NCBI GenBank assembly: GCA_963847125.1
Contig: CAWJYM010000009.1
Location: forward strand, 82,658-146,657
Source: an uncultured Acidobacteriota bacterium
Lineage (GTDB): Bacteria > Acidobacteriota > Vicinamibacteria > Vicinamibacterales > 2-12-FULL-66-21
Direction of reading: 5' to 3'
Length of the DNA: 64,000 nucleotides
Of the stretch, positions 17,790 through 26,117 are shown one piece after another (position 1 is the first letter of the stretch; every line of letters starts with the position of its first letter). The position numbers and the translations under genes are program-made. Below the pieces are notes generated by a model. That model was given only the letters and a program-made list of their open reading frames with translations, was not told the DNA's origin and searched no databases.

Positions 17790-18730
17790 GAGCCATCTTG
17801 AACGGGCAGTCCGGCCGCCGCGAGCTCCGTCAGGCCGCGCTCGTCCTCGACGCTCACCACGCGGGCGCCGCGATCGATCTTCCGGACGAGGCCGGCGAGG
17901 ACCGTGCCCGGACCCACTTCAACATACGTTCGGACGCCGCTGGATGCAAGGCGGCGGACGACCGCTTCCCAGCGGACCGGGGCCGAGACCTGGCGGATGA
18001 GCGCCTCGACGGCCTCCGCGGCGGACCGCTTCGGCTCGGCGTCCACGTTGGCCACGACCGGCACGCGCGGCTCCGAGACGGCGAGGGCGCGCAGCTCGGG
18101 CGCGAGCCGCGCCTCCGCCGGCGCCATCAGCGCGCAGTGAAACGGCGCGCTGACGTTGAGCGGCACGACGCGCTTCGCGCCGAGCGCCTTGGCCCGTTCG
18201 CCGGCGCGCGCGACCGCGTCCCGATGGCCCGCGATGACGACCTGCCCCGGCGCGTTCAGGTTGGCGGGCGCGACGATCTCTCCGTTCGCCGCTTCCGCGC
18301 AGGCGCGGGCGACCGCCTCCGCGTCGGCGCCGAGGATCGCCGCCATCGCTCCCACACCCACCGGCACCGCTTCCTGCATGAAGCGCCCGCGGCGCCGCAC
18401 GATTCGCAGCGCGTCCGCGAACCCGAACGTCCCGGCCGCGACGTTCGCGGAGTACTCTCCGAGGCTGTGCCCGGCCACGAAGTCCGGTTCGATTCCCAGC
18501 GACGCGAGCAGGCGCGACACGCCGACGCTCATCGCGAGAATCGCCGGCTGCGTGTTTTCCGTCAGCGTCAGCGCCTCCTCGGGGCCCTCGAAGCAGAGGC
18601 GGCTGAGCGGCTCGCCGAGCGCGGCGTCCGCCTCCGCGAACGTGTCGCGGACGATCGGAAATCGATCGGCCAGGAGCTTTCCCATCCCGACTTTCTGCGA
18701 GCCCTGGCCGGGGAAGAGGAAGGCAATCAT
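17786..18730 (-). CDS. fabD: ACP S-malonyltransferase
   Basis: ATG 18730 (MIAFLFPGQGSQKVGMG), active-site GHSLGEYSA. The 520-aa track ORF is an upstream run-on. Confidence 0.93.
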   Translation of the reverse strand: MIAFLFPGQGSQKVGMGKLLADRFPIVRDTFAEADAALGEPLSRLCFEGPEEALTLTENTQPAILAMSVGVSRLLASLGIEPDFVAGHSLGEYSANVAAGTFGFADALRIVRRRGRFMQEAVPVGVGAMAAILGADAEAVARACAEAANGEIVAPANLNAPGQVVIAGHRDAVARAGERAKALGAKRVVPLNVSAPFHCALMAPAEARLAPELRALAVSEPRVPVVANVDAEPKRSAAEAVEALIRQVSAPVRWEAVVRRLASSGVRTYVEVGPGTVLAGLVRKIDRGARVVSVEDERGLTELAAAGLPVQDGS

Positions 18731-19788
18731 CAGGATTTGGCGCCTGGGGCCTGGGGCGTGGGTCCCGGGGCTTGGGGCCTGGGGTTTGGGGCGGGTTCCA
18801 CGGTCGCCGCGATCTCTTCCTTGATGCGCTCGAGCAGACCGTCCTGCGCGAACCGGTGCGCCATGGCGACGGCGTTGCGCACCGCCTTCGGCGACGAGCG
18901 CCCGTGGCCGACGATGCAGATCCCGGCGACGCCGAGGAGCGGCGCGCCGCCGTACTCCGAATAATCCACGCGCTTCCGAAAGCCGCGGAACGCCCGCCGC
19001 GACATCAGCGCTCCGACCCGCGCCGTGATGGTCTGCGACAGCTCCTCGCGCAGCAGCGCTTCGAGCGTGTCGATCAACCCCTCGCTGATCTTCAGCGCGA
19101 CGTTGCCCGTGAAGCCGTCGCAGACGATGACATCCGCCTCGCCCGCGTACACGTCGCGCCCTTCCACGTTGCCGATGAAGCACGGCGACGTCTTCAACAG
19201 GCGGTGCGCCTCGCGGACCAGCTCGGTGCCTTTCGTCTCTTCCGCGCCAATCGAGAGCAGTCCGACGCGCGGCTCTGGCGTGCCAAGCGCCACGCGCGCG
19301 AACACGCGTCCCATCGCGGCGAACTGCACCAGGTGCGCCGGCCGGCACTCGACGTTGGCGCCGGCGTCGACGAGCACCGCGGCACCGCGGCGCGTCGGGA
19401 TCGTCACACCGAGCGCGGGCCGATCGACCCCCTCGAGCATGCCGAACGCCGCGTGCGCGGCCATGACGGTCGCGCCGGTGTGTCCGGCGCTGAAGAGCGC
19501 CGCCGCGTCGCGCCGGGCGACCGCGTCCGCGGCGACGCGGATGGAGGCGCCAGGCTTCCGGCGCAGCGCCGACGCGGGCGACTCCTCCATCGCCACGACG
19601 TCGGGCGCATGCCGCACCTCGACGTCGAGCGCATGGACGCCCGGATGCCGCGCGAGCTCGGCGTCCACGGCCGCGCGATCGCCGGCGAGGAGAAGCCCCG
19701 CGCCGAGCCGGCGCGCCGCGACCAGCGCGCCGTCCACGACGGCGCGCGGCGCGTCGTCGCCGCCCATCGCGTCAACGGCTATGCGCAT
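18730..19788 (-). CDS. plsX: phosphate acyltransferase PlsX (repeat-encoded C-terminal tail)
   Basis: ATG 19788 (MRIAVDAMGGDDAP). ..VVCDGFTGNVALK.. The last ~20 aa, PAPNPRPQAPGPTPQAPGAKS, are encoded by a heptamer array. The stop overlaps the fabD ATG. Confidence 0.9.
   Translation of the reverse strand: MRIAVDAMGGDDAPRAVVDGALVAARRLGAGLLLAGDRAAVDAELARHPGVHALDVEVRHAPDVVAMEESPASALRRKPGASIRVAADAVARRDAAALFSAGHTGATVMAAHAAFGMLEGVDRPALGVTIPTRRGAAVLVDAGANVECRPAHLVQFAAMGRVFARVALGTPEPRVGLLSIGAEETKGTELVREAHRLLKTSPCFIGNVEGRDVYAGEADVIVCDGFTGNVALKISEGLIDTLEALLREELSQTITARVGALMSRRAFRGFRKRVDYSEYGGAPLLGVAGICIVGHGRSSPKAVRNAVAMAHRFAQDGLLERIKEEIAATVEPAPNPRPQAPGPTPQAPGAKS
18744..18792 (-). repeat. tandem heptamer array x7 (plus strand YTGGGGC; minus strand GCCCCAR)
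   Basis: ctggggc ctggggc gtgggtc ccggggc ttggggc ctggggt ttggggc. Lies inside the plsX 3' end. Confidence 0.9.
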
Positions 19789-19795
19789 TCTCGAA

Positions 19796-19935
19796 GGTGC
19801 ACTGGGTGCCCTGGCGTGCACTCGGGTGCCGGTGCACCAAGTGCTCAGTGCACGTGCATCGGTGCAGGTGCACTCAGCACCGAGCACGCAGCACCCGCAC
19901 CCAGAGCACCTAGGGCACCGGCACCTGTGCACCTG
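19796..19935. repeat. 140-nt dyad-symmetric GTGCAC / GGTGCC..GGCACC word array
   Basis: Six GTGCAC sites. The left half is rich in GGTGC(A/C)C and the right half in its complement GCACC. Confidence 0.85.
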
Positions 19936-20112
19936 ACCTCGTCTACTCTTGACCTGGCGTCCCTTGTAGTAGCCGCAGTTCGGGCAGACCTGGTGCGGCG
20001 GCTTGGCTTCGTGGCACTGCGGGCATTCGCCGACCGGCACCGGCTTCAGCGCGTCATGCGTGCGCCGCTTCGCGGTCCGCGTTTTGGAGTGTCGTCGTTT
20101 TGGATTCGGCAT
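19927..20112 (-). CDS. rpmF: 50S ribosomal protein L32 (no in-frame stop; 3' boundary is nominal)
   Basis: ATG 20112: MPNPKRRHSKTRTAKRRTHDALKPVPVGECPQCHEAKPPHQVCPNCGYYKGRQV. The frame stays open through 19789-19935 into plsX (track ORF 18730..20658). Confidence 0.85.
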
Positions 20113-20123
20113 CGTCGTCTCAG

Positions 20124-20160
20124 GCAGCCCTGGCAGGGCTGCGCTACAGGGCTGCGCTAG
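20124..20160 (-). repeat. GTAG REP (TGTAGCGCAGCCCTGCCAGGGCTGC) plus adjacent half copy
   Basis: Lies between the yceD stop and the rpmF start. Confidence 0.8.
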
Positions 20161-20168
20161 GGGCAGCG

Positions 20169-20714
20169 TTACGGTTTCTTCAGGGCCTTCAACTTCTCGA
20201 ATCGTGGGTCGTGCCACTCGGCACGGCAGTCGCACGAACCGCGATTCAAATTCGTCCCGCACAGCGGACAGAGGCCCTTGCAGGCCTCCGCACAGAGCGG
20301 CTTCATCGGCAACGCCAGGTACAACTGCTCCCGTACCAGGTCGCCGAGATCGATCGTCTCGTCCCGGTAGAAGGCCGTGCCGAGATCGTCTTCCTGGACT
20401 TCGTGCTCGTCCTTCGAATCCCGTTTGGCGTGCCCGCCGGGGGCGACGTTCTCGCGGTGCGGCAGATACCGCAGATCGAACGCCGCCTCCACCGGCACGC
20501 GAAACGGCTCGGTGCACCGGCTGCAACTGAGCTCCAGCGTCGTCACGGCTCGCCCGACCAGGTGGTACGCCTGCTTGTCCTTGCGGACGAGCGCGTCGAA
20601 GGACACCGGTTCCGCGACGGTGAGGTCCTCCGACCCTTCGAACGCCGAGACGGGCCACGTCCGGGCGACGCGCTCTTCGGCGCCGTCGCGGAGGCGGCTG
20701 AGATCGAGCAGCAT
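20169..20714 (-). CDS. YceD/DUF177 family protein
   Basis: ATG 20714. C-terminal CAEACKGLCPLCGTNLNRGSCDC. Canonical position upstream of rpmF. Confidence 0.85.
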   Translation of the reverse strand: MLLDLSRLRDGAEERVARTWPVSAFEGSEDLTVAEPVSFDALVRKDKQAYHLVGRAVTTLELSCSRCTEPFRVPVEAAFDLRYLPHRENVAPGGHAKRDSKDEHEVQEDDLGTAFYRDETIDLGDLVREQLYLALPMKPLCAEACKGLCPLCGTNLNRGSCDCRAEWHDPRFEKLKALKKP

Positions 20715-20767
20715 GAGGTCACGCGGCCAGCGCTCGGCAGGGCGGCCGGAGGCTGGACGAAACAACG

Positions 20768-20773
20768 ATTATA
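20768..20773 (-). promoter_or_regulatory. candidate -10 box TATAAT upstream of yceD-rpmF-plsX-fab operon
   Basis: Perfect TATAAT on the minus strand, 54 nt upstream of the yceD ATG. No convincing -35. Confidence 0.4.
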
Positions 20774-20777
20774 ACGG

Positions 20778-21824
20778 TCAGGGGGGCTGTAAATCCACCC
20801 ACGGCTTGGGGATGAAGAGCCGCTCGAAGAGCGAGATCGCGTAGCGATCGGTCATGCCGGCGAGGAAGTCGAGGGCCGCGACGTCGAGCCCGTCGTGCTC
20901 CACGGTGCGGAGGTCGAGGAACTCCTCCGGCCGCTCGCGCACTTTCTCCCAGAGTCCCTCGAGCACCCCCCGCGCCTTGCTGAACTCCCGCGTCGCGACC
21001 GAGTTCTCGTAGACCGCCTCGAACAGAAAGCTTCGCAGCGCCAGCGTCGCGTCGAGGACTTCGTCGCTCATACGTATCTCGGTCAGCCCGCCGTCGAGCG
21101 TTCGCAGCACGACATCGGTCACCATGCATCCGATGCGCGCCGACGACGTGGCGCCGAGCGTTTTGACGGGAGCCGCCGGCAGGCCGTCCACGGTCAGGAT
21201 GCCGGCCCGGACCGAGTCGTCGATGTCGTGGTTCACGTAGGCGATGATGTCGGCCACGCGCGCAACCTGTCCCTCCATCGTCGTCGCTCGATGGGCAGGG
21301 TCGGCGCCGACCGGCGCGCCGCTCTTCCCTTTCGAGTGGCGCGCGATGCCGTCGCGGACCTCCCACGTCAGATTCAAGCCGCGTCCGTCGTTTTCGAGGA
21401 CATCGACGATGCGCAGGCTCTGCTCGTAATGGTTGAAGCCGGCGGGCACGAGCCCGCGCAGCACGCGTTCGCCGGCGTGGCCAAACGGCGTGTGGCCGAG
21501 GTCGTGGCCGAGAGCGATCGCTTCAGTGAGCTCCTCGTGCAGGCGCAGGACCTTGGAGATGCTGCGGGCAATCTGCGAGACCTCGAGTGTGTGCGTGAGG
21601 CGCGTGCGGTAGTGGTCGCCCGTCGGCGCGAAGAAGACCTGCGTCTTGTGCTTTAGGCGCCGGAACGCTTTCGAGTGAATGACCCGATCGCGGTCGCGCT
21701 GGAACGCGGGCCGGATCGGATCCTCCGGCTCCGGATGGAGCCGCCCCTTCGTCCCGGAGCTCCTGGCCGACTGCGGCGCGAGAAGGTCCTGCTCTCGCTG
21801 TTCCAGTTGTTCTCGTATCGTCAT
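20778..21824 (-). CDS. dgt: dGTPase-like HD-domain triphosphohydrolase
   Basis: 348 aa. [39 protein letters not shown]. Confidence 0.88.
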   Translation of the reverse strand: MTIREQLEQREQDLLAPQSARSSGTKGRLHPEPEDPIRPAFQRDRDRVIHSKAFRRLKHKTQVFFAPTGDHYRTRLTHTLEVSQIARSISKVLRLHEELTEAIALGHDLGHTPFGHAGERVLRGLVPAGFNHYEQSLRIVDVLENDGRGLNLTWEVRDGIARHSKGKSGAPVGADPAHRATTMEGQVARVADIIAYVNHDIDDSVRAGILTVDGLPAAPVKTLGATSSARIGCMVTDVVLRTLDGGLTEIRMSDEVLDATLALRSFLFEAVYENSVATREFSKARGVLEGLWEKVRERPEEFLDLRTVEHDGLDVAALDFLAGMTDRYAISLFERLFIPKPWVDLQPP

Positions 21825-22999
21825 GCGATCACGTCCGCGAGAAAGCTCGTGCCGTGCGCGAGCGGCGTCACCGCGAAGATCTCGGCCAGCGTCTGGCCGA
21901 GATCGGCGAAGGTCGGCCGGGTCCCGAGGTCGACGCCCTTCCGGACGGCGGCTCCAGTGACGAGCAGCGGCACGTGCTCCCTGGAATGGTCCGTGCTGGG
22001 CGTCGTGGGATCGTTCCCGTGGTCGGCGGTGACGACGAGGAGATCCCGTGGGCCGAGGCGCGGGATCAGCTCGGACAACCGCGCGTCGAAGCGCTCGAGA
22101 TTGGCCGCATAGCCTGCCGGGTCGTTGCGGTGGCCGTAGACGGTGTCGAAATCGACGAGATTCGCGAAGATCAGCCCCGACCGCGACTCGTGCATCGCCC
22201 GTTCGATCGCGTCCATCCCCTCGTCGTCGTTCGCGGTGTGGACGGCCGTCGTGATGCCCCGGCCGGCGAAGAGGTCCTCGATTTTCCCGATCGCGACGAC
22301 GTGACGTCCGGCGGCGGCCAGCCTGTCGAGCAGCGTCTCACCGGCGGGCGGGAGCGCGAAGTCCTTGCGGTTCGACGTGCGGGCGAAGCTGCCCGCCGCG
22401 CCGACGAACGGCCGGGCGATGACCCGGCCGATGCCGCGCTCGACCGCCGCGAGCTGGTACGCCGTCTCGCAGATCCGATACAGCTCGGGCACGGGGATGA
22501 CCGATTCGTGCGCGGCGATCTGAAACACGCTGTCGGCGGACGTGTAGACGATCGGCGATCCCGTTCGGATGTGTTCCGGGCCGAGCTCGTTGATGATCAC
22601 GGTACCGGACGCGACGACGTTGCCGATCGTCCGGCGGCCGATGTGCCGTTCGAACTCGGCGATCAGATCGGCCGGGAACCCGTCCGGAAACACCGGGAAC
22701 GGGCGATCGAGGACGATGCCCATGAGCTCCCAATGGCCCGTGACCGAATCCTTGCCCGCGGACGCCTCGGCCATGCGTCCGAACGCGCCGAGCGGCTCGA
22801 CGATCGGCTCGACGTCGCGGAGATGGACGATGCGCGGGAGCCCGAGGCTCCGCAGCGCGGGGATCTGCAGCTGTGTCTGGCGCGCGATGTTGCCGAGCGT
22901 GTTGCTCCCTTCGTCGCCGTACTCGGCGGCGTCGGGAAGCGCGCCGATGCCGACGCTGTCCAGCACGATGACGATGGCGCGGTCAGGAGACGGAGGCAA
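21821..22999 (-). CDS. deoB: phosphopentomutase
   Basis: 392 aa. [28 protein letters not shown] .. TADHGNDPT. Confidence 0.92.
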   Translation of the reverse strand: MPPSPDRAIVIVLDSVGIGALPDAAEYGDEGSNTLGNIARQTQLQIPALRSLGLPRIVHLRDVEPIVEPLGAFGRMAEASAGKDSVTGHWELMGIVLDRPFPVFPDGFPADLIAEFERHIGRRTIGNVVASGTVIINELGPEHIRTGSPIVYTSADSVFQIAAHESVIPVPELYRICETAYQLAAVERGIGRVIARPFVGAAGSFARTSNRKDFALPPAGETLLDRLAAAGRHVVAIGKIEDLFAGRGITTAVHTANDDEGMDAIERAMHESRSGLIFANLVDFDTVYGHRNDPAGYAANLERFDARLSELIPRLGPRDLLVVTADHGNDPTTPSTDHSREHVPLLVTGAAVRKGVDLGTRPTFADLGQTLAEIFAVTPLAHGTSFLADVIA

Positions 23000-23912
23000 G
23001 CGCGTCTTCGATGGAGGCGAGAGCGGCGGGATCGTCGCCCAATCGGTGAATCCACCGTAGATTAGGCTCTTTCCGGAACCAGATCAACTGCCGGCGCGCG
23101 TACCGCTTGTTCTCGCGCACGATGAGCGCGCGCGTCTCCTGCTCGTCGCGCACGCCACCCAGGAGCTCGAGGACCTGCCGGTACACGAGACCGGTGAACG
23201 GCAGCGCCGTGTCCGGAATGCCGGCGCGCCTGAGCCTCTCGACCTCTGCAACGATGCCGCGCGCGAATTGCGCGTCGACGCGGCGGGCGACGCGCTCCGC
23301 AATCGCCTCGGAGGGAGGATTCAGCACGAAGCCGGCGATCTCGTACTCCGGCAGCGGCGAGGCGGTCTCCACGAAGTGGTCGGTCAGCGGACGGCCGGTG
23401 AGAAAGTAGACCTCCAGCGCGCGAATCATCCGCTTCTCGTCGCGCGGCTGGATGCGGGCAGCCGAAGGAGGATCGACGCAGGCCAGCAGCCGGTGGAGCC
23501 GTTCGGGGCCGCGCCTTCGCGCAATCGCCGCGAGCCGCGCGCGCATCGCGGCATCGCGACCGGGGCCGGCGAACAGCCCCCGCGCCAGCGCCCGATAGTA
23601 GAACCCGGTCCCTCCGACGAGAATCGGCAGCCGTCCGCGGGCGCTGATGTCCCGAATGACCGCGGACGCCTCGCGCGCGTACCGGGCGGCCGAGTACTCC
23701 TCGAGCGGATCGGCGACGTCTACGAGATGGTGCGCGATGCCCCGCCGCTCCTCCGCCGACACTTTGTCGGTCCCGATGTCGAAGCCGCGGTAGACGGCGG
23801 TCGAATCGCAGCTCACGACTTCCCCATCGTGCCGCTCGGCGAGCGCGACCCCGAGCGCGCTCTTGCCGCTGGCGGTCGGGCCGAGGATCGCGACGAGCAT
23901 TTGTCGCGTCAT
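22983..23912 (-). CDS. miaA: tRNA dimethylallyltransferase
   Basis: [18 protein letters not shown]-loop, and [12 protein letters not shown]. Confidence 0.92.
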   Translation of the reverse strand: MTRQMLVAILGPTASGKSALGVALAERHDGEVVSCDSTAVYRGFDIGTDKVSAEERRGIAHHLVDVADPLEEYSAARYAREASAVIRDISARGRLPILVGGTGFYYRALARGLFAGPGRDAAMRARLAAIARRRGPERLHRLLACVDPPSAARIQPRDEKRMIRALEVYFLTGRPLTDHFVETASPLPEYEIAGFVLNPPSEAIAERVARRVDAQFARGIVAEVERLRRAGIPDTALPFTGLVYRQVLELLGGVRDEQETRALIVRENKRYARRQLIWFRKEPNLRWIHRLGDDPAALASIEDALASVS

Positions 23913-24007
23913 GCCAGCAGGCGATACAGCGTGAACGCCACGACGACGAAGAGCAGGATCAGGAGGCCGAGCCGCTGGCTGTTCAATCTGCGTTCATCTG
24001 CGTGCAT
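23909..24007 (-). CDS. candidate 32-aa single-TM micro-protein
   Basis: Own translation (below the track cutoff): [32 protein letters not shown]. Its TGA overlaps the miaA ATG (ATGA at 23909-23912). Confidence 0.4.
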   Translation of the reverse strand: MHADERRLNSQRLGLLILLFVVVAFTLYRLLA

Positions 24008-24012
24008 CTGCG
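23983..24012 (-). repeat. 3 x 10-nt direct repeats with core CGCAGAT (minus strand)
   Basis: tcaatctgcg ttcatctgcg tgcatctgcg. It abuts the TonB-like stop codon. Confidence 0.85.
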
Positions 24013-24013
24013 G

Positions 24014-24979
24014 CTAGGGCATGGGCTCGTTGTAAAGGAACGTGACAGTGAAGTGAGCACGGTCGTCCGGATACTCCGGCGGCAGCGGCTGCGTGGGGTT
24101 CGACGCGAGAATGGCGTTGACCGCCGCGTGGGTGAACCCCTCGACTGTTGAAGGCTTCACCACCGTCACGTCGGTGATGCGGCCATCCTTGTGGACGTAA
24201 AACGTGAGGATCACATGGCCGCGCATCGTCCAAGCGGCGTACGGAACGTTCCAGTTGCGCTTCACCTGCGCGACGAAGCGCCGCACCCACGGTCCGAACT
24301 CGACGCCCTTCGTGTCGAACTGGATCTGCGGGCCGTACTCGCCGCCGCCGCCGCTCGGATTGCCGAACGTCTGGGAGCCGACGTAGCGCTGGATGTTGTT
24401 GAGCGCGTCGGCGATCGGGCCCGCGACGCCGCGCCGGCGATCCGAGCCGTCGCGTTCGGCGATCGGCGGGCCCTGCGTCGAGGGCGCCCCCGGGAGCGTG
24501 GTGCCGCCGTTGGTACCTTGCGGCGCCTGCGCCGGCGTCCCGGGGGCCGGCGAGGAGGGCGCGGCCCGAGGCGCCGGGACGGGCGGCACGTCCGTGATTT
24601 CCCGCTCAGGCGTGTTCCCGCGCGCGAACGGCAACGGGTTGGTCGGATTCGGGGCGCGCTCCGGCGCGCGCGCGACACGGTCCTGGTCCGACAGCTCGAA
24701 GCGGGGCGGCGGTTTCTGCGCGGGCGTGTCGAGGCGCGGCTGCACGAACACGAATCGGGCGTTCTGGCGCTGCCGCTCCAGCTCCGCAATCCGTTGCGCC
24801 TCGATCTCCGCCGCACGGCGAGCGGCCGCCTCCTTGAAGAACGGCAGCTGCGGCGCGAGGACGAGGAGCAGCGCTCCGAGGAGGTGCGCGATGATCGACA
24901 GCAGCACTCCCTCCCGGCGGGAGATGGGGCTGACGAGCGTCGGCTCCTCGGGCCGATAGTCCTCGAAGTTGAAGTACAT
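24014..24979 (-). CDS. TonB family protein
   Basis: ATG 24979 (MYFNFEDY). One TM helix, a Pro-rich spacer, and a C-terminal TonB domain (FGPWVRRFVAQVKRNWNVP..VILTFYVHKDGRITDVTVVKPS). Confidence 0.75.
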   Translation of the reverse strand: MYFNFEDYRPEEPTLVSPISRREGVLLSIIAHLLGALLLVLAPQLPFFKEAAARRAAEIEAQRIAELERQRQNARFVFVQPRLDTPAQKPPPRFELSDQDRVARAPERAPNPTNPLPFARGNTPEREITDVPPVPAPRAAPSSPAPGTPAQAPQGTNGGTTLPGAPSTQGPPIAERDGSDRRRGVAGPIADALNNIQRYVGSQTFGNPSGGGGEYGPQIQFDTKGVEFGPWVRRFVAQVKRNWNVPYAAWTMRGHVILTFYVHKDGRITDVTVVKPSTVEGFTHAAVNAILASNPTQPLPPEYPDDRAHFTVTFLYNEPMP

Positions 24980-25000
24980 CAGGAACTTACGATTGTAGCA

Positions 25001-25088
25001 GGCACTAGGCACTAGGGACTAGGCACTCTGCGCGAACGGCTATCGATCGCCACTCCTAACACATGCACAGTGCCTAGTGCCCAGCGCC
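25001..25088. repeat. inverted pair of heptamer arrays (GGCACTA x4 ... TAGTGCC-type x3)
   Basis: Left arm 25001-25028, right arm 25068-25088, ~39-nt centre. Lies between the ubiE stop and the TonB-like start. Confidence 0.85.
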
Positions 25089-25100
25089 TTCAGCGTTGAG

Positions 25101-25868
25101 CTAGCGCCTCGTGCCAACAAAGAGATAGACGATGCCGAGTGTCAGTGGGACGGTGCGGACCCGCGCGAAACCGGCTGACTCGAGCATGCCGGAGAACGCC
25201 TGGGGTGACTGAAACGCCTCGACCGACGCCGGCAGATACGAGTACGCCTCACCGTGGCGCGAGACCGCGCGGCCGATGAGCGGCAGTAAGCGGCGGAAGT
25301 AGAGACGATAGAGCGCGCGGATCCCAGGGATCTTCGGGAAGCCGAACTCGAGGATCGCAAGCCGCCCGCCGGGCCGCAGGACCCGCGCCAGCTCAGCGAC
25401 CGCGCGCTCGGGCTGTTCTACATTCCGAATCCCGAATCCAATCGACGCCGCATCGCACGACGCGTCCGCTACAGGCAGCGCGGTGGCGTCGCCGCGAACG
25501 AGCGGGATGCGCGCCTGGAGGCCCCGCGCGCGAATCTTGGCGTGGGCGATCGCCAGCATCGCGGGCGCGAAGTCCACGCCGATCACCTTCGACGGACCCG
25601 AGAAGCCCGTCGCTCTATCGTCGCGCTGAAGGGGGCGCGGGCCTCTCAGGCCCGCGGCTCGTTCAACCGCCGTGATAGCGAGATCTCCGGTCCCGGTGCA
25701 CAAATCGAGCAGCCGCTCGCCGTCCGCGAGCCGGAGCTCGGCCACCGCGCGCGCGCGCCATCGTCGATCCAGGCCGAGGCTCAGAACGTGGTTGAGCAGA
25801 TCGTAGCGCCCCGCGATCGCATCGAACATTGAAGCGATCCGCGGGGGAGATTTATCGGGGAAAGTCAT
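25101..25868 (-). CDS. ubiE: demethylmenaquinone/ubiquinone C-methyltransferase (with ~18-aa repeat-derived insertion)
   Basis: IASMFDAIAGRYDLLNHVLSLGLDRRWR, LLDLCTGTGDL, FGIRNV, LRPGGRLAILEF. Confidence 0.9.
   Translation of the reverse strand: MTFPDKSPPRIASMFDAIAGRYDLLNHVLSLGLDRRWRARAVAELRLADGERLLDLCTGTGDLAITAVERAAGLRGPRPLQRDDRATGFSGPSKVIGVDFAPAMLAIAHAKIRARGLQARIPLVRGDATALPVADASCDAASIGFGIRNVEQPERAVAELARVLRPGGRLAILEFGFPKIPGIRALYRLYFRRLLPLIGRAVSRHGEAYSYLPASVEAFQSPQAFSGMLESAGFARVRTVPLTLGIVYLFVGTRR
25637..25655. repeat. REP hairpin GCGGGCC-tctca-GGCCCGC inside the ubiE coding sequence
   Basis: The same 19-mer occurs at 29952-29970. A near-identical inverted copy lies at 46638-46656. Confidence 0.85.
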
Positions 25869-25924
25869 GCCGAAAGGAAGTCACGTACGTTAACGCAGAG
25901 TTCGCAGAGAAACGCCGAGGACAT

Positions 25925-26070
25925 GGCCGTGTCGACTGGGGCCCGACCTTCGGTCGGGCCGAGGCTGGGCGAGGGATCGGATCCGCAAGAGCCACTGAAG
26001 CGGCCTATGCTCTTGCGGGTCCGATCCCTCGTCCAGCCGCCGCGCCGCAGGCGCGCCAGTCGACACGGCC
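25925..26070. repeat. 146-nt nested inverted-repeat element (15-bp perfect termini enclosing a 9-bp and a 23-bp hairpin)
   Basis: Termini GGCCGTGTCGACTGG (25925-39) / CCAGTCGACACGGCC (26056-70). Inner hairpins 25940-25960, and 25970-25992 / 26009-26031 (1 mismatch). Confidence 0.85.
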
Positions 26071-26097
26071 CTCTGCAGCCTCTGCGTCCTCTGCGTT
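26071..26097 (-). repeat. 3 x 9-nt direct repeats CTCTGCRKY (minus-strand core CGCAGAG)
   Basis: ctctgcagc ctctgcgtc ctctgcgtt. Confidence 0.8.
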
Positions 26098-26117
26098 TGA
26101 AGCTTTTTCGGGCTTCA

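Noticed and set aside
19796-19935. A CRISPR array, considered for this and the other tandem arrays.
   Set aside because: Units are 7-10 nt with no spacers, each locus is under 150 nt, and no cas genes are present.
17786-20658. Track ORFs of 520 aa (17786..19348) and 642 aa (18730..20658) taken as single proteins.
   Set aside because: The 520-aa ORF is fabD plus an upstream run-on in the fabD frame. The 642-aa ORF concatenates junk + L32 + repeat linker + PlsX. Only the L32-PlsX continuity is kept as a finding.
20774-20815. A -35 element for the yceD-operon TATAAT (TTTACA at 14-nt spacing).
   Set aside because: The spacing is too short for a sigma-70-type promoter. I report only the -10.
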